A stretch of DNA of 64,000 nucleotides from assembly GCF_055900595.2 (NCBI RefSeq), contig NZ_CM148325.1. One strand, given 5' to 3'. The notes beneath the pieces were generated by a model. The model was not told the origin of the DNA, made no database searches, and was given only the letters and a program-made list of their open reading frames with translations. A program made the position numbers and the translations under genes. Below are positions 21,078 to 33,442 of the stretch, one piece after another; positions within the stretch are counted from its first letter, which is position 1; every line of letters begins with the position of its first letter.

Positions 21078-24000
21078 TTATTCCGGGCGTGGCTTCAGCG
21101 GGAAGCGGCGGCGCACCAGCACAAAGAACAGCGGCACGAAGTAAATAGCCAGAATCGTGGCCGAAATCATCCCGCCCATTACGCCAGTACCCACCGCATG
21201 CTGGCCACCGGAACCGGCCCCCGTGCTGGTTGCCATTGGCAATACGCCGAAGATAAAGGCCAGAGAGGTCATCAGAATCGGACGTAAACGCTGACGGCAG
21301 GCGTGGAGCGTCGCTTCAAACAGGTCGTGGCCTTTTTGGTTCATCTCGTTAGCAAACTCGACGATCAGGATGGCGTTTTTCGCCGATAAACCAATGACCG
21401 TTAACAGGCCTACCTGGAAGTAAACGTCGTTTTCCAGCCCGCGCAGCCAGGTTGCCAGCAGCGCGCCGATAACGCCCAGCGGCACGACCAGCATTACCGA
21501 GAACGGCACTGACCAGCTTTCATACAGCGCCGCCAGACACAGGAATACCACCAGCAATGAAATGGCATACAGCGCCGGAGCCTGCGCGCCGGAAAGCCGC
21601 TCCTGATACGACATCGCCGTCCACTCCAGACCAAAGCCGTTTGGCAGCTGCTTCACTAACGATTCCATAATATCCATCGCCGTACCGGTGCTGACCCCCG
21701 GCGCGGCTTCCCCGACAATCTCTACCGCTGAATAACCGGTATAGCGTTCCAGACGCGGCGAGCCTGTTTCCCAGCGTGAGGTCGCGAAAGCAGAGAAGGG
21801 GACCATGCCACCATCTTTATTTCGTACATACCAGAGATTGATGTCATCTGGCAGCATGCGATATGGCGCAGCGGCCTGCACATAGACTTTCTTCACGCGA
21901 CCGCGATCCATAAAGTCATTCACATAGCTCGAACCCCACGCGGTTTGCAGCGTGTCGTTAATATCGTCGATAGCAACGCCCAGCGCCTGAGCTTTACGCT
22001 GATCGATATCAATCTGCAACTGCGGACTGTCGTCGAGGCCGTTATGGCGTACACGGGTTAACTCCGGATTTTCCGCCGCCAGAGCCAGCAACTGGTTACG
22101 TGCTGCCATCAGCGCATCGTGACCCGCACCAGCGTGGTCCTGCAACTCCATATCAAAACCCGCAGAACTGCCAAGGCCGCTAATTGCTGGCGGGCTGCTG
22201 GCGATAACGCGAGCTTCTTTAATCTTATTAAATTCCTTCGTTGCTCGTTCGATAATGGCAAACGAGGTGCCGGTCTTACTGTCGCGTTCGCTCCAGTCTT
22301 TCAGGCGGATAAACATTCGTGCCACGTTTTGCCCGTTCCCCCCGGGGCCAGAACCAACGGTGGCAAACACCGACATGATATTGTCTTTTTCATGGGTGAA
22401 GTAATACTTCTCGATTTGCTCAACGACTTTCAGGGTCTGTTGCTGAGTTGAACCGCTGGGTAATTGCACCGAGGTAGTGAACATGCCACGGTCTTCCAGT
22501 GGCAAGAACGACGTCGGCAAACGCAGGAACAGGAACACCATGCCGCCAAGCAGCAGGACATAAATCACAATCCAGCGCAGGCTACGGTGGAGAATTTTCG
22601 CTACCCCTTTTTCGTAGCGTTCGGCGTTACGATTAAACATCTGGTTAAACCAGGCAAAAAAGCCTTTTTGCCCGTGATGCTCACCTTTTTTCAGCGGCTT
22701 AAGTAGCGTGGCGCACAGAGCCGGAGTGAGGATCATCGCTACCAGTACTGACAGCACCATCGCCGCAACAATGGTAATAGAGAACTGGCGATAGATAGCT
22801 CCGGTGGTGCCACCGAAGAAGGCCATTGGCACAAATACCGCCGACAGCACCATCGCAATCCCGACCAGTGCCCCCTGGATCTGCCCCATCGATTTACGTG
22901 TGGCTTCGCGAGGAGTGAGTCCTTCCTCACTCATAATACGTTCGACGTTTTCCACCACCACGATGGCGTCATCCACCAGCAGACCGATCGCCAGCACCAT
23001 CGCGAACATGGTTAAGGTGTTGACGCTGTAACCGAAGGCGTAAAGTACGGAGAAGGTTCCCATCAACACCACCGGCACGGCGATAGTTGGTATCAGCGTG
23101 GCACGGAAGTTTTGCAAGAACAGATACATAACGAGGAAAACCAGGGCGATAGCTTCCAGCAGCGTTTTCACCACGTCTTCAATGGAGGCTTTAACAAATG
23201 AGGTGGTTTCATATGCCACCTTGTATTCCAGTCCATGTGGGAAGTACTGCGTCAGTTCGTCGAGACGATTGAGTACCAGCTCCGCTGTTGCCATTTCGTT
23301 CGCGCCGGAGGCCAGTTTTACCCCCAGCCCGGAGGCTGGCTTACCGTTGAAGCGGCTGAGATAATCGTATTTCTCTGCCCCCATTTCGACGGTGGCGACA
23401 TCGCCCAGCCTTACTTCTGAGCCGTCCTGATTCACCCGTAAGGTGATATCGCGGAACTGTTCTGGTGTTTGCAGCAGTGACTGGGCGTTAATGGTGGCGT
23501 TGAGCGCCTGCTTATCGACGGAAGGCGTACCACCAAGTTGCCCAACCGCAATCTGCGCGTTCTGTGACTCAATGGCATCAGTGACATCTTTAGCCGTCAT
23601 CTGAAAACTGTTGAGTTTCGCCGGGTCCAGCCAGATACGCATTGAATATTGCGAACCATAGGCATCGATATCCCCGACGCCATTCACGCGGCTTAATGGG
23701 TCCTGAATATTACTGGCAACGTAATCGGCAATATCTTGCTTATCCATCGAACCATCGGTAGAGACGAAGGCAATGGTAAGAATGTTGGTATCGCCGGTTT
23801 TACGCACCGTCACGCCCTGATTTTGCACCGCCTGCGGCAACTTTCGCATGGCTGATTGCAGCTGGTTTTGTACTTGCTGCACTGCTTCGTCCGGATCGGT
23901 GCCCGCTTTAAAACTTAAGGTGACAGATGCCTGACCGGTGCCACTGCTTTGAGACGACATATACATGAGATTATCGAGGCCGGTCATATTTTGCTCGATA

Positions 24001-24191
24001 ACCTGGGTCACGGTGTTTTCCAGCGTCTGAGCCGATGCGCCGGGATAGTTAGCGGTTACTCGCACATTAGGCGGTGCAAGATCGGGGTATTGTTCAACGG
24101 GCAATGAGAAAATCGCCAGGGTTCCTGTCAGACACAACAGGATTGCCAGCACCCAGGCAAAAATGGGGCGATCAATAAAGAAATTCGCCAT
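21078..24191 (-). CDS. acrD: RND-family aminoglycoside/multidrug efflux pump
   Basis: 1037-aa 12-TM RND transporter ([23 protein letters not shown]...). Confidence 0.95.
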   Translation of the reverse strand: MANFFIDRPIFAWVLAILLCLTGTLAIFSLPVEQYPDLAPPNVRVTANYPGASAQTLENTVTQVIEQNMTGLDNLMYMSSQSSGTGQASVTLSFKAGTDPDEAVQQVQNQLQSAMRKLPQAVQNQGVTVRKTGDTNILTIAFVSTDGSMDKQDIADYVASNIQDPLSRVNGVGDIDAYGSQYSMRIWLDPAKLNSFQMTAKDVTDAIESQNAQIAVGQLGGTPSVDKQALNATINAQSLLQTPEQFRDITLRVNQDGSEVRLGDVATVEMGAEKYDYLSRFNGKPASGLGVKLASGANEMATAELVLNRLDELTQYFPHGLEYKVAYETTSFVKASIEDVVKTLLEAIALVFLVMYLFLQNFRATLIPTIAVPVVLMGTFSVLYAFGYSVNTLTMFAMVLAIGLLVDDAIVVVENVERIMSEEGLTPREATRKSMGQIQGALVGIAMVLSAVFVPMAFFGGTTGAIYRQFSITIVAAMVLSVLVAMILTPALCATLLKPLKKGEHHGQKGFFAWFNQMFNRNAERYEKGVAKILHRSLRWIVIYVLLLGGMVFLFLRLPTSFLPLEDRGMFTTSVQLPSGSTQQQTLKVVEQIEKYYFTHEKDNIMSVFATVGSGPGGNGQNVARMFIRLKDWSERDSKTGTSFAIIERATKEFNKIKEARVIASSPPAISGLGSSAGFDMELQDHAGAGHDALMAARNQLLALAAENPELTRVRHNGLDDSPQLQIDIDQRKAQALGVAIDDINDTLQTAWGSSYVNDFMDRGRVKKVYVQAAAPYRMLPDDINLWYVRNKDGGMVPFSAFATSRWETGSPRLERYTGYSAVEIVGEAAPGVSTGTAMDIMESLVKQLPNGFGLEWTAMSYQERLSGAQAPALYAISLLVVFLCLAALYESWSVPFSVMLVVPLGVIGALLATWLRGLENDVYFQVGLLTVIGLSAKNAILIVEFANEMNQKGHDLFEATLHACRQRLRPILMTSLAFIFGVLPMATSTGAGSGGQHAVGTGVMGGMISATILAIYFVPLFFVLVRRRFPLKPRPE

Positions 24192-24354
24192 TAAAAGAGG
24201 ACCTCGTGTTTCTGCGTATTGTTGTTGGCATGCCTTGCTTCACTGTAGCGGCAAGGTACGGACCAATCGTGGAGAAAAAAAGGAGTTAATGTAAATTATC
24301 ATGCCCTTTTATACTGAACCTTAAGTGCAAGTATTCTTTGGTCAGTAGGTGGCA

Positions 24355-26055
24355 TTACATTAGCTGGCTTTCCTCACCCTCCGCAGAGCGAAAGCTAATA
24401 CTCACTAACGTGCCGCCACCGGAAGGTTGTGAAAAAGTCAGCGTTCCACCCAGTCGTTCCGCGCGTTCGCGCATAATATTCAGACCATAGTGACCTTCGG
24501 GTTCTTTCGGTTCTCCGATGCCAATCCCGTTATCACGGATATAGACTGTGTGATTGCCGTCCGGCGCGGTGACGCAGCTGACGGCTATTTCGCTGGCGTT
24601 GGCGTGCTTCATCGCATTGAGTACCGCTTCGCGAATAATTTGCAACAAATGCACCTGCATTTGCGCATCCAGCGCCAGTGTTGGCAGACGGCAGTCGAGA
24701 GTCAGTTTTGCGCTGGTTTGATTTTGTAACGTATCCAGCATTTCCCGCAACGCGGAGGGAAGATCCGCTTGCTGCAGCGTCAGGCGGAACGTGGTCAACA
24801 GCTCGCGTAACTGTCGATAAGCATCATTCAATGCCTGGGAGAAATCGGCCATGATATTTTGTGCGGTGGCGTTATCTTCCGGTATCGAACGTTTAAGTAA
24901 CGTCAACTGGATACGTAAGTAAGAAAGCACCTGGGCCAGCGAATCATGTAATTCCCGTGCGATGGTGGCACGTTCTTCCATCAACAGTAACTGCTGAAAA
25001 TGCTTCTGCGCCTGATTAAAGTACAAACCGCGTCCCAGCATCGACGAAACGCTGTTAAGCAGCGGTTCTGATGATGACACGTGGCTATTTTGCCAGTGCA
25101 GTTCGCCGTAAACCGTCTCTTGCATCGTTACCGGTAAAATCTGCATCGGCAATTCGGGGTTTGGTTTCCCTTCACTAATCCGCCAGTTTTCACCGACATT
25201 CAACTCCAGATATTCAGCCGCTTCATTGTCGCGAACAATCTGCAAAATATGGCGGAAACAATGCACATCTATCTGGCTGGTGTTCAGCGCCTGCGAACAC
25301 TGATACAACACTTCCAGGCGACGCTTGGCCTCGTGGAGATCACGGGTTTTTTCTTCTACTGACGCTTCCAGCGAACGATACAATTTATGCAGCTCGCTCG
25401 ACATCTGGTTAAAGGTTTTGGCCAACAGTCCCAGCTCATTGGGCAGACTGGTATCCAGCGGCGGCGAATCGAACTGGCCGTGTTCAATACGCTGACTGGC
25501 GGTAACCAGCTGATTCAGCGGGGCAACCACCTGATGGCGTATGCGGCGCAAAGTAAAAAAGACCAGCGTGAAAATACCGATGCCGCCAGCCAGGGAAATC
25601 GCCACCACCAGCAGCATTTTGCGTTCAGCGTAGTGCTGTAAAGCCAGCACGAACAGGTCTATCTGATTAACATAATTATTAATATTGGCCTGATACCACG
25701 GCAAGTCGCCCTTGCTGAGCCGATTATTCATCTCCAGCCAGTTGGCATTCAGATGCGCATAGCGAGTTTTTACTGCCTCTGGCACATACCAGACGTTGAG
25801 ATTGGTTAATACCGGTGAATGCAGTGCCTGCTGAAATAACTGGCGATGTGCATTGAGTTGTGGACTGCCACTTTGCAAGTCGTAGCCCAGGCGGTAACTC
25901 TGCATACGCAGCGATCCGGCAATATTGATAGCCTCAGCGTCGCGCAAACTGCTCGCCAGAGTTAGCAGTGCGGTACCCGTGGAAAGAATCGACAGCAGCA
26001 CAATGTAAAAAAAGGCCCGGGCCAAACTGGCCGAGACGGGGCGTTTAACAATCAC
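24355..26055 (-). CDS. narQ: Nitrate/nitrite sensor histidine kinase
   Basis: Two TM segments, HAMP, H-box (ELHDSLAQ), ATPase domain; start placed at the internal GTG (…VIVKRPVSASLA) to give 566 aa; the ORF extends 5 codons further to an upstream GTG. Confidence 0.92.
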   Translation of the reverse strand: MIVKRPVSASLARAFFYIVLLSILSTGTALLTLASSLRDAEAINIAGSLRMQSYRLGYDLQSGSPQLNAHRQLFQQALHSPVLTNLNVWYVPEAVKTRYAHLNANWLEMNNRLSKGDLPWYQANINNYVNQIDLFVLALQHYAERKMLLVVAISLAGGIGIFTLVFFTLRRIRHQVVAPLNQLVTASQRIEHGQFDSPPLDTSLPNELGLLAKTFNQMSSELHKLYRSLEASVEEKTRDLHEAKRRLEVLYQCSQALNTSQIDVHCFRHILQIVRDNEAAEYLELNVGENWRISEGKPNPELPMQILPVTMQETVYGELHWQNSHVSSSEPLLNSVSSMLGRGLYFNQAQKHFQQLLLMEERATIARELHDSLAQVLSYLRIQLTLLKRSIPEDNATAQNIMADFSQALNDAYRQLRELLTTFRLTLQQADLPSALREMLDTLQNQTSAKLTLDCRLPTLALDAQMQVHLLQIIREAVLNAMKHANASEIAVSCVTAPDGNHTVYIRDNGIGIGEPKEPEGHYGLNIMRERAERLGGTLTFSQPSGGGTLVSISFRSAEGEESQLM

Positions 26056-26260
26056 ACGCGTCTTCTCCACATAAAATCATTAATGTTCCAGTTTGCTGAA
26101 ATGCAATTTAGTCAGTGATGGGATTATTTGATCTGCCACAGTTTATAGCGAAATAGTGACTTATTCTGGGCACATGAACATTGCCGATTCCCCTGTAAGT
26201 CGGGTAATAACAACACTCATATAAAGAATAAGGTTTTTACAACCAAAAAAGAAGGTCGTT

Positions 26261-28240
26261 ATGAATCGTTTTATTATGGCCAACAGTCAGCAATGTCTGG
26301 GTTGTCATGCTTGTGAAATCGCCTGCGTCATGGCTCACAATGATGAGCAACATGTCCTGAGCCAACACCATTTTCATCCCCGAATTACGGTTATCAAACA
26401 TCAGCAGCAACGTAGTGCGGTGACCTGTCACCATTGCGAAGATGCGCCCTGTGCCCGTAGTTGCCCTAATGGCGCGATCAGCCATGTTGATGACAGCATT
26501 CAGGTCAATCAGCAAAAGTGTATTGGCTGTAAATCCTGCGTGGTAGCTTGTCCATTTGGTACGATGCAAATCGTCCTGACACCCGTCGCGGCAGGCAAAG
26601 TTAAAGCCACGGCGCATAAATGCGACCTTTGTGCAGGTCGCGAAAGCGGTCCTGCCTGTGTCGAGAATTGTCCGGCGGACGCTCTGCAACTGGTCACTGA
26701 CGCCGCACTCTCCGGCATAGCGAAATCTCGCCGCCTGCGCACCGCACGTCAGGAGCATCAACCGTGGCATGCCAGTACTGGGGCACCAGAAATGCCGGCG
26801 ATGAGTAAAGTCGAGCAAATGCAGGCAACCCCCGCACGAGGCGAGCCGGATAAACTGGCGATTGAAGCGCGCAAAACTGGTTTTGATGAAATTTATCTGC
26901 CATTTCGCGCCGACCAGGCACAACGGGAAGCCTCGCGTTGCCTGAAGTGCGGCGAGCACAGCGTTTGTGAATGGACCTGCCCTCTGCATAACCACATTCC
27001 ACAGTGGATAGAGCTGGTGAAAGCCGGAAATATCGACGCCGCCGTCGAGCTTTCTCACCAGACCAACACCCTGCCAGAAATTACCGGACGCGTTTGTCCG
27101 CAAGACCGTCTGTGCGAAGGAGCCTGCACCATTCGCGATGAGCACGGAGCGGTAACTATCGGCAACATCGAACGCTACATTTCGGATCAGGCGTTGGCGA
27201 AAGGTTGGCGTCCTGACTTAAGCCATGTCACCAAAGTGGATAAGCGGGTGGCGATTATCGGTGCAGGTCCGGCAGGGCTAGCCTGTGCGGATGTTCTGAT
27301 CCGCAATGGCGTGGAGGTGACGGTGTACGATCGCCATCCAGAAATCGGTGGCCTGCTCACCTTCGGCATTCCTTCTTTCAAACTGGATAAGTCCCTGCTG
27401 GCGCGTCGCCGGGAAATCTTCAGCGCGATGGGGATTCACTTCGAACTCAATTGTGAAGTGGGTAAAGATGTCTCTTTGGATTCGCTTTTGGAACAATACG
27501 ACGCGGTCTTCGTTGGCGTAGGCACTTACCGTTCCATGAAAGCGGGTTTACCTAATGAAGATGCGCCGGGCGTTTATGACGCGCTGCCATTCCTCATCGC
27601 CAATACTAAACAGGTGATGGGACTTGAAGAGTTACCTGAAGAGCCGTTTATCAATACCGCCGGACTCAATGTCGTGGTACTGGGCGGTGGCGACACCGCG
27701 ATGGACTGTGTGCGTACCGCGCTGCGCCATGGCGCGAGTAACGTCACCTGTGCCTATCGTCGTGATGAAGCTAACATGCCTGGCTCGAAGAAGGAGGTGA
27801 AGAACGCCCGCGAAGAGGGGGCAAACTTCGAATTTAACGTCCAGCCGGTGGCGCTTGAGCTGAATGAGCAAGGTCATGTTTGCGGAATTCGTTTCCTGCG
27901 TACGCGTCTTGGCGAGCCGGATGCCCAGGGGCGTCGGCGTCCGGTGCCGGTGGAAGGCAGTGAGTTTGTGATGCCAGCAGACGCGGTGATTATGGCGTTT
28001 GGCTTCAATCCGCACGGGATGCCGTGGCTGGAGTCGCACGGTGTAACGGTAGACAAATGGGGCCGCATCATCGCGGATGTGGAAAGCCAGTACCGTTATC
28101 AGACCACGAATCCGAAAATCTTCGCAGGTGGCGATGCCGTGCGTGGTGCGGATCTGGTGGTTACCGCAATGGCAGAAGGACGTCATGCGGCACAGGGGAT
28201 TATTGACTGGCTGGGGGTAAAATCAGTCAAATCTCACTGA
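26261..28240 (+). CDS. aegA: Fused Fe-S ferredoxin-type / GltD-like NAD(P)H oxidoreductase, anaerobically expressed
   Basis: 659 aa; N-terminal 4Fe-4S CxxCxxCxxxCP clusters, C-terminal FAD/NAD-binding GltD-like domain (IIGAGPAGLACA). Confidence 0.92.
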   Translation: MNRFIMANSQQCLGCHACEIACVMAHNDEQHVLSQHHFHPRITVIKHQQQRSAVTCHHCEDAPCARSCPNGAISHVDDSIQVNQQKCIGCKSCVVACPFGTMQIVLTPVAAGKVKATAHKCDLCAGRESGPACVENCPADALQLVTDAALSGIAKSRRLRTARQEHQPWHASTGAPEMPAMSKVEQMQATPARGEPDKLAIEARKTGFDEIYLPFRADQAQREASRCLKCGEHSVCEWTCPLHNHIPQWIELVKAGNIDAAVELSHQTNTLPEITGRVCPQDRLCEGACTIRDEHGAVTIGNIERYISDQALAKGWRPDLSHVTKVDKRVAIIGAGPAGLACADVLIRNGVEVTVYDRHPEIGGLLTFGIPSFKLDKSLLARRREIFSAMGIHFELNCEVGKDVSLDSLLEQYDAVFVGVGTYRSMKAGLPNEDAPGVYDALPFLIANTKQVMGLEELPEEPFINTAGLNVVVLGGGDTAMDCVRTALRHGASNVTCAYRRDEANMPGSKKEVKNAREEGANFEFNVQPVALELNEQGHVCGIRFLRTRLGEPDAQGRRRPVPVEGSEFVMPADAVIMAFGFNPHGMPWLESHGVTVDKWGRIIADVESQYRYQTTNPKIFAGGDAVRGADLVVTAMAEGRHAAQGIIDWLGVKSVKSH

Positions 28241-28307
28241 TAGCCTGCGCAGACAAAACTGACTTCACAGCGTAAGATAATTGTTCATTTCGCGCTGTGG
28301 AGTCGGT

Positions 28308-28883
28308 ATGACGCAACAAATCACCCTCATTAAAGACAAAATTCTCTCCGATAACTATTTCACCCTGCACAACATTACTTACGATCTCACGCGAAAAGAT
28401 GGCGAAGTTATCCGCCATAAACGTGAAGTTTATGATCGCGGTAATGGTGCGACGATCCTCCTGTACAACGCGAAGAAAAAGACCGTCGTTCTGATTCGTC
28501 AGTTCCGCGTCGCTACCTGGGTTAATGGCAATGACAGCGGGCAGTTGATTGAAACCTGCGCCGGGCTGCTGGATAACGACGAACCGGAAGTGTGTATTCG
28601 CAAAGAAGCGATTGAAGAGACGGGGTATGAAGTTGGCGAAGTCCGCAAATTATTTGAACTGTATATGTCGCCAGGCGGTGTGACTGAGCTAATCCACTTT
28701 TTTATCGCCGAATACAGTGACAGCCAGCGCGCTAATGCGGGCGGTGGTGTCGAAGATGAAGATATTGAAGTACTCGAGCTGCCGTTCAGCCAGGCGCTGG
28801 AGATGATCAAAACCGGCGAGATACGTGACGGTAAGACGGTGTTATTGCTTAACTATTTGCAAATGTCACATTTAATGGACTGA
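28308..28883 (+). CDS. nudK: GDP-mannose pyrophosphatase (Nudix hydrolase)
   Basis: 191 aa from [18 protein letters not shown]...; Nudix box [21 protein letters not shown]. Confidence 0.92.
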   Translation: MTQQITLIKDKILSDNYFTLHNITYDLTRKDGEVIRHKREVYDRGNGATILLYNAKKKTVVLIRQFRVATWVNGNDSGQLIETCAGLLDNDEPEVCIRKEAIEETGYEVGEVRKLFELYMSPGGVTELIHFFIAEYSDSQRANAGGGVEDEDIEVLELPFSQALEMIKTGEIRDGKTVLLLNYLQMSHLMD

Positions 28884-29008
28884 AAAATAACAATAATATT
28901 TCGTTGTTTATTATTGGCTCAATCCGATAAATCCGATTGAGCCGCGCTACCTGCGCAACGAAGATACGACTTGTGCTGTTTGTTTGAACTTCTGGGGTCG
29001 TACCGTCC

Positions 29009-30052
29009 ATGCGCTATCGCATTTTTCTTCTCTTTTTTTTCGCTTTATTGCCGACGTCTTTGGTGTGGGCGGCACCAGCGCAACGGGCATTTTCCGACTG
29101 GCAGGTCACCTGTAATAATCAAAATTTCTGTGTGGCGCGCAATACGGGCAATCATAACGGACTGGTGATGACCCTGAGCCGCAGCGCCGGGGCGCGTACC
29201 GATGCCGTTTTACGTATTGAGCGCGGCGGGTTGAAGTCGCCGGATGCGTCAGAAGGGGAGATAGCGCCACGGCTGCTGTTAGATGGCGAGCCGTTGGCGT
29301 TAAGTGGTGACAAGTGGCGGATTTCACCATGGTTATTAGTAACCGATGATACGACAACCATCACCGCGTTTTTGCAGATGATTCAGGAAGGGAAAGCGAT
29401 CACCTTACGCGACGGCGATCAGACCATTTCACTGAGTGGCTTAAAAGCAGCGTTGTTGTTTATTGATGCCCAGCAAAAGCGCCTCGGCAGTGAAACTGCG
29501 TGGATCAAGAAAGGGGACGAACCGCCGCTCAGCGTACCGCCAGCGCCTGCGCTAAAAGAGGTCGCGGTAGTGAACCCGACGCCGACCCCACTTTCTCGTG
29601 AAGAACGTAACGATTTGCTGGATTACGGTAACTGGCGGATGAATGGTCTGCGCTGTTCGCTTGATCCGTTGCGTCGTGAAGTGAATGTGACTGCGCTGAC
29701 CGACGATAAAGCATTAATGATGATTAGCTGTGAAGCAGGCGCGTATAACACCATTGATCTTGCGTGGATTGTGTCGCGTAAAAAGCCACTGGCCTCGCGC
29801 CCGGTACGGTTGCGTTTACCGTTCAACAACGGTCAGGAGACCAATGAACTGGAACTGATGAACGCAACATTCGATGAAAAATCGCGTGAACTGGTGACCT
29901 TAGCGAAAGGGCGCGGATTAAGCGATTGTGGCATTCAGGCGCGCTGGCGCTTTGACGGTCAGCGTTTTCGCCTGGTGCGTTACGCTGCAGAACCCACCTG
30001 CGATAACTGGCATGGACCAGACGCCTGGCCCACGTTGTGGATCACCCGTTAA
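29009..30052 (+). CDS. ypfG: Secreted DUF1176-family protein
   Basis: 347 aa with a signal peptide (MRYRIFLLFFFALLPTSLVWAAPA). Confidence 0.88.
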   Translation: MRYRIFLLFFFALLPTSLVWAAPAQRAFSDWQVTCNNQNFCVARNTGNHNGLVMTLSRSAGARTDAVLRIERGGLKSPDASEGEIAPRLLLDGEPLALSGDKWRISPWLLVTDDTTTITAFLQMIQEGKAITLRDGDQTISLSGLKAALLFIDAQQKRLGSETAWIKKGDEPPLSVPPAPALKEVAVVNPTPTPLSREERNDLLDYGNWRMNGLRCSLDPLRREVNVTALTDDKALMMISCEAGAYNTIDLAWIVSRKKPLASRPVRLRLPFNNGQETNELELMNATFDEKSRELVTLAKGRGLSDCGIQARWRFDGQRFRLVRYAAEPTCDNWHGPDAWPTLWITR

Positions 30053-30059
30053 ATATAAT

Positions 30060-30180
30060 AGCGGGAACATGTCAGCCTGATAAGACGCGTCAGGCCGGAT
30101 AAGACGCGGTAGGCCGGATAAGACGCGTCAGCGTCGCATCCGGCAATCAGCATCCGGCAATCAGCATCCGGCGATCACCA
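30060..30180. repeat. REP/BIME cluster with embedded 14-nt tandem repeats
   Basis: Three REP-like units (CTGATAAGACGCGTCAGGCCGGATAAGACGCG...), then three tandem copies of GCATCCGGC(A/G)ATCA at about 30136..30177. Confidence 0.65.
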
Positions 30181-32184
30181 TCAGGCACCTTTCACTCCCA
30201 GTACCTTATGCGCTTTTGCCACAATATTCTCGGCGGTAAAGCCAAAGAACGGGAACAGCTTATCCGCAGGAGCAGATTCCCCATAACCCGTCATCCCGAC
30301 AATTGCCCCTTTCAGACCAACATATTTGTACCAGTAATCGGCGATGCCTGCTTCCACCGCCACGCGAGCCGCAACGTTAGAAGACAACACAGACTCCCGA
30401 TATTCCTCATCCTGGGCGTCGAAAATATCGGTCGAGGGCAGGGAAACTACGCGTACATTGCGACCTTCTCCCGCTAATTTCTCCGCTGCTTGCAAGGTGA
30501 TTTCCATCTCTGAACCAGTGGCAATCAAAATAATATCCGGCTTGCCGCCGCTGTCTTTCAACACATAACCACCGCGGGCAATCTCTTTTACCTGATCTGG
30601 CGTACGTTCCACCTGGGCCAGATTCTGTCTTGAGAGGATCAGCGCCGTCGGCCCGTTGTGACGCTCGACCGCCAGCTTCCAGCCCACCGCAGCTTCCACC
30701 TGATCACACGGTCGCCAGGTGCTGAAATTCGGCGTTAAGCGCAGACTTGCAAGTTGTTCAACCGCCTGGTGCGTCGGACCATCCTCCCCCAGACCAATTG
30801 AGTCGTGGGTATAAACCATAATTTGCCGCGCTTTCATCAGTGCCGCCATCCGCGCGGCGTTACGGGCGTATTCAACAAACATCAGGAACGTCGCGGTATA
30901 CGGCACAAAGCCGCCGTGGTGCGCGATGCCGTTGGCGATGGCGGTCATGCCAAATTCACGTACCCCGTAGTGAATATAATTCCCCGCTGGATCTTCCTTC
31001 AGCGACACAGAACCTTTCCAGATGGTGAGGTTGCTGGGAGCCAGATCCGCCGAACCGCCAAGCAGTTCAGGCAGCATGGGCCCGTAAGCGTTAAGCGTAT
31101 TTTGCGAAGCCTTACGAGTAGCGATTTTCGCCGGATTCGCCTGCAACTCATTGATATATTTCTGCGTCGTTTTTTCCCAGTCTTTTGGTAAACCACCGCT
31201 CATCCGGCGAGTAAACTCTTCTGCCAGTTGCGGATGAGCCTTTTTATACGCGGCAAACTTCTCATTCCAGCTCTGCTGTGCTTTTTCGCCTTTTTCGCGA
31301 GCGTCCCAGGCGTGATAAATCTCTTTGGGGATCTCAAATGGCGGATGATGCCAGCCCAGTTTTTGCCGTGCCAATGCCACTTCTTCTTCCCCCAGTGGTG
31401 CGCCATGCGCCTCTTCCTTACCTGCTTTATTCGGCGAACCAAAGCCAATCACCGTACGGCAGATAATCAACGACGGCTTATCTTTTACGCTTTGCGCTTC
31501 AAGAATCGCTTCCTTCACCGCCTGCGGATCGTGACCGTCGATTTCATGGATCACATGCCAGTGATAGGCTTCAAAACGTTTTGCCGTATCGTCGGTAAAC
31601 CAGCCTTCGGTTTCACCGTCGATGGAAATACCATTGTGATCGTAAAAACCAATCAGCTTGCCCAGCCCCAGCGTGCCCGCCAGCGAACAGACTTCGTGAG
31701 AAATACCTTCCATCAGGCAGCCGTCGCCCATAAACACATAGGTGAAGTGATCGATAATTTCATGATCCGGCTGGTTAAACTGCGCCGCTAGTGTACGTTC
31801 TGCTATCGCCAGTCCGACCGCGTTCGCCAAACCTTGTCCAAGTGGACCGGTGGTGGTTTCAACACCAGGCGTATAGCCAATCTCCGGGTGACCAGGGGTT
31901 TTCGAATGCAACTGACGGAAGTTCTTCAGCTCTTCCAGCGGCAGGTCGTAACCGGTCAGATGAAGCAAACTGTAGAGCAGCATCGACGCGTGACCGTTGG
32001 AGAGAATAAAGCGGTCGCGATCATACCAGGTTGGATCGGTGGGGTTATGTTTAAGAAAATCGTTCCACAGCACTTCGGCAATATCAGCCATGCCCATCGG
32101 CGCGCCGGGATGACCAGAATTGGCTTTTTGTACCGCATCCATACTGAGCGCGCGAATCGCATTGGCAAGGTCTTTTCGGGACAT
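30181..32184 (-). CDS. tktB: Transketolase 2
   Basis: 667 aa from [31 protein letters not shown]...; ORF trimmed from the upstream in-frame ATG at 32247. Confidence 0.95.
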   Translation of the reverse strand: MSRKDLANAIRALSMDAVQKANSGHPGAPMGMADIAEVLWNDFLKHNPTDPTWYDRDRFILSNGHASMLLYSLLHLTGYDLPLEELKNFRQLHSKTPGHPEIGYTPGVETTTGPLGQGLANAVGLAIAERTLAAQFNQPDHEIIDHFTYVFMGDGCLMEGISHEVCSLAGTLGLGKLIGFYDHNGISIDGETEGWFTDDTAKRFEAYHWHVIHEIDGHDPQAVKEAILEAQSVKDKPSLIICRTVIGFGSPNKAGKEEAHGAPLGEEEVALARQKLGWHHPPFEIPKEIYHAWDAREKGEKAQQSWNEKFAAYKKAHPQLAEEFTRRMSGGLPKDWEKTTQKYINELQANPAKIATRKASQNTLNAYGPMLPELLGGSADLAPSNLTIWKGSVSLKEDPAGNYIHYGVREFGMTAIANGIAHHGGFVPYTATFLMFVEYARNAARMAALMKARQIMVYTHDSIGLGEDGPTHQAVEQLASLRLTPNFSTWRPCDQVEAAVGWKLAVERHNGPTALILSRQNLAQVERTPDQVKEIARGGYVLKDSGGKPDIILIATGSEMEITLQAAEKLAGEGRNVRVVSLPSTDIFDAQDEEYRESVLSSNVAARVAVEAGIADYWYKYVGLKGAIVGMTGYGESAPADKLFPFFGFTAENIVAKAHKVLGVKGA

Positions 32185-32203
32185 ATAACACTCCGTGGCT
32201 GGT

Positions 32204-33154
32204 TTATAGTTTGACGGCAAGAAGATCTTCCAGTTTGCGTTGATCAACGGCGAACAGGCGGATGCCTTCAGAGAGTTTTTCTACCGCCATTGCATCCTGA
32301 TTGTGCTCCCAACGGAACTCCGCTTCGCTCATCGGGGCTGGGCGTGGGAACGTCTGAGAAGGCGGGATTAATTTACGCACTACTGGAGAAACTTTTTCCT
32401 GCAGCTCCTTCAGCAAATTCGGCGCAATAGTCAGTCGATCGCAGCCGGTTAAGGCGAGGATTTGTTCGGTGCGACGGAAGCTCGCGCCCATTACAATGGT
32501 TTCGTAGTGGTGTTGCTTATAGTAGTCGTAGATATTGCGCACTGACTTAACGCCCGGATCTTCTTCCACCACATACGGGTCCATCGGCTTACGCGCCTGA
32601 TACCAGTCATAAATACGCCCGACAAACGGCGAAATCAGAAAAACGCCTGCTTCTGCACAGGCCCGCGCCTGAGCAAAAGAAAACAGTAGCGTCAGGTTGC
32701 AGTTAATACCTTCTTTTTCCAGTTCTTCTGCCGCGCGAATTCCTTCCCAGGTTGAAGCCAGCTTGATCAGAATACGTGATTTCTCAACGCCTTGTTGCTG
32801 ATACAAGTCCACCAAATGGCGCGCCTTCTCAATACTTTTTTCTTTATCAAAAGAGAGGCGTGCATCAACTTCTGTTGACACGCGACCGGGTACGATTTTG
32901 AGAATTTCAGTACCGAAATTGACCGCCAGTTTGTCACATGCAGCGACCACCTGTTGTTCCTGGGTCTTGCCATTTTTTTTACCCCAGGCGATAGCATCGT
33001 CTATTAAATGCTCATATTGTGATAATCCGGCAGCCTTGAGTAACAGCGAAGGATTGGTGGTGGCATCCTGGGGATGATAATGGCGAATGGACTCAATATC
33101 GCCGCTGTCTGCCACGACAGTGGTGAACTGTTTGATGCCGTCTAACTCGTTCAT
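32204..33154 (-). CDS. talA: Transaldolase A
   Basis: 316 aa [23 protein letters not shown]...; forms the talA-tktB operon. Confidence 0.95.
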   Translation of the reverse strand: MNELDGIKQFTTVVADSGDIESIRHYHPQDATTNPSLLLKAAGLSQYEHLIDDAIAWGKKNGKTQEQQVVAACDKLAVNFGTEILKIVPGRVSTEVDARLSFDKEKSIEKARHLVDLYQQQGVEKSRILIKLASTWEGIRAAEELEKEGINCNLTLLFSFAQARACAEAGVFLISPFVGRIYDWYQARKPMDPYVVEEDPGVKSVRNIYDYYKQHHYETIVMGASFRRTEQILALTGCDRLTIAPNLLKELQEKVSPVVRKLIPPSQTFPRPAPMSEAEFRWEHNQDAMAVEKLSEGIRLFAVDQRKLEDLLAVKL

Positions 33155-33442
33155 AGGAAATACTCCTTGAAAAGTAAAGTGTTAGATGAGTGCGTTAATT
33201 CACACTTCTGAGAAATTTCGCTAAACGCATCAAAAAAGCATAGCAGACAGGCATGGTATTGCTGGATTAAGCAGGTAACATCAGTGTTATAGGATTATTA
33301 CCAAAACATTATATTAATGGTGAGAGTTTGGACTTGCTCAAAGTCTGTAGACTCCGGCAAGGTAATAATGTGCGCCACGTTGTGGGCAGGGGCTGTTGCC
33401 CACACACTTTATTTGTGAACGTTACGTGAAAGGAACAACCAA

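Noticed and set aside
26237-27145. 302-aa minus-strand ORF overlapping the aegA 5' half
   Set aside because: Antisense to aegA, whose Fe-S and GltD-like motifs are clear on the plus strand.
30060-30180. Possible CRISPR array suggested by short repeated units
   Set aside because: The repeats are REP/BIME palindromes plus 14-nt tandem copies with no unique spacers of regular length and no cas genes nearby; not a CRISPR.
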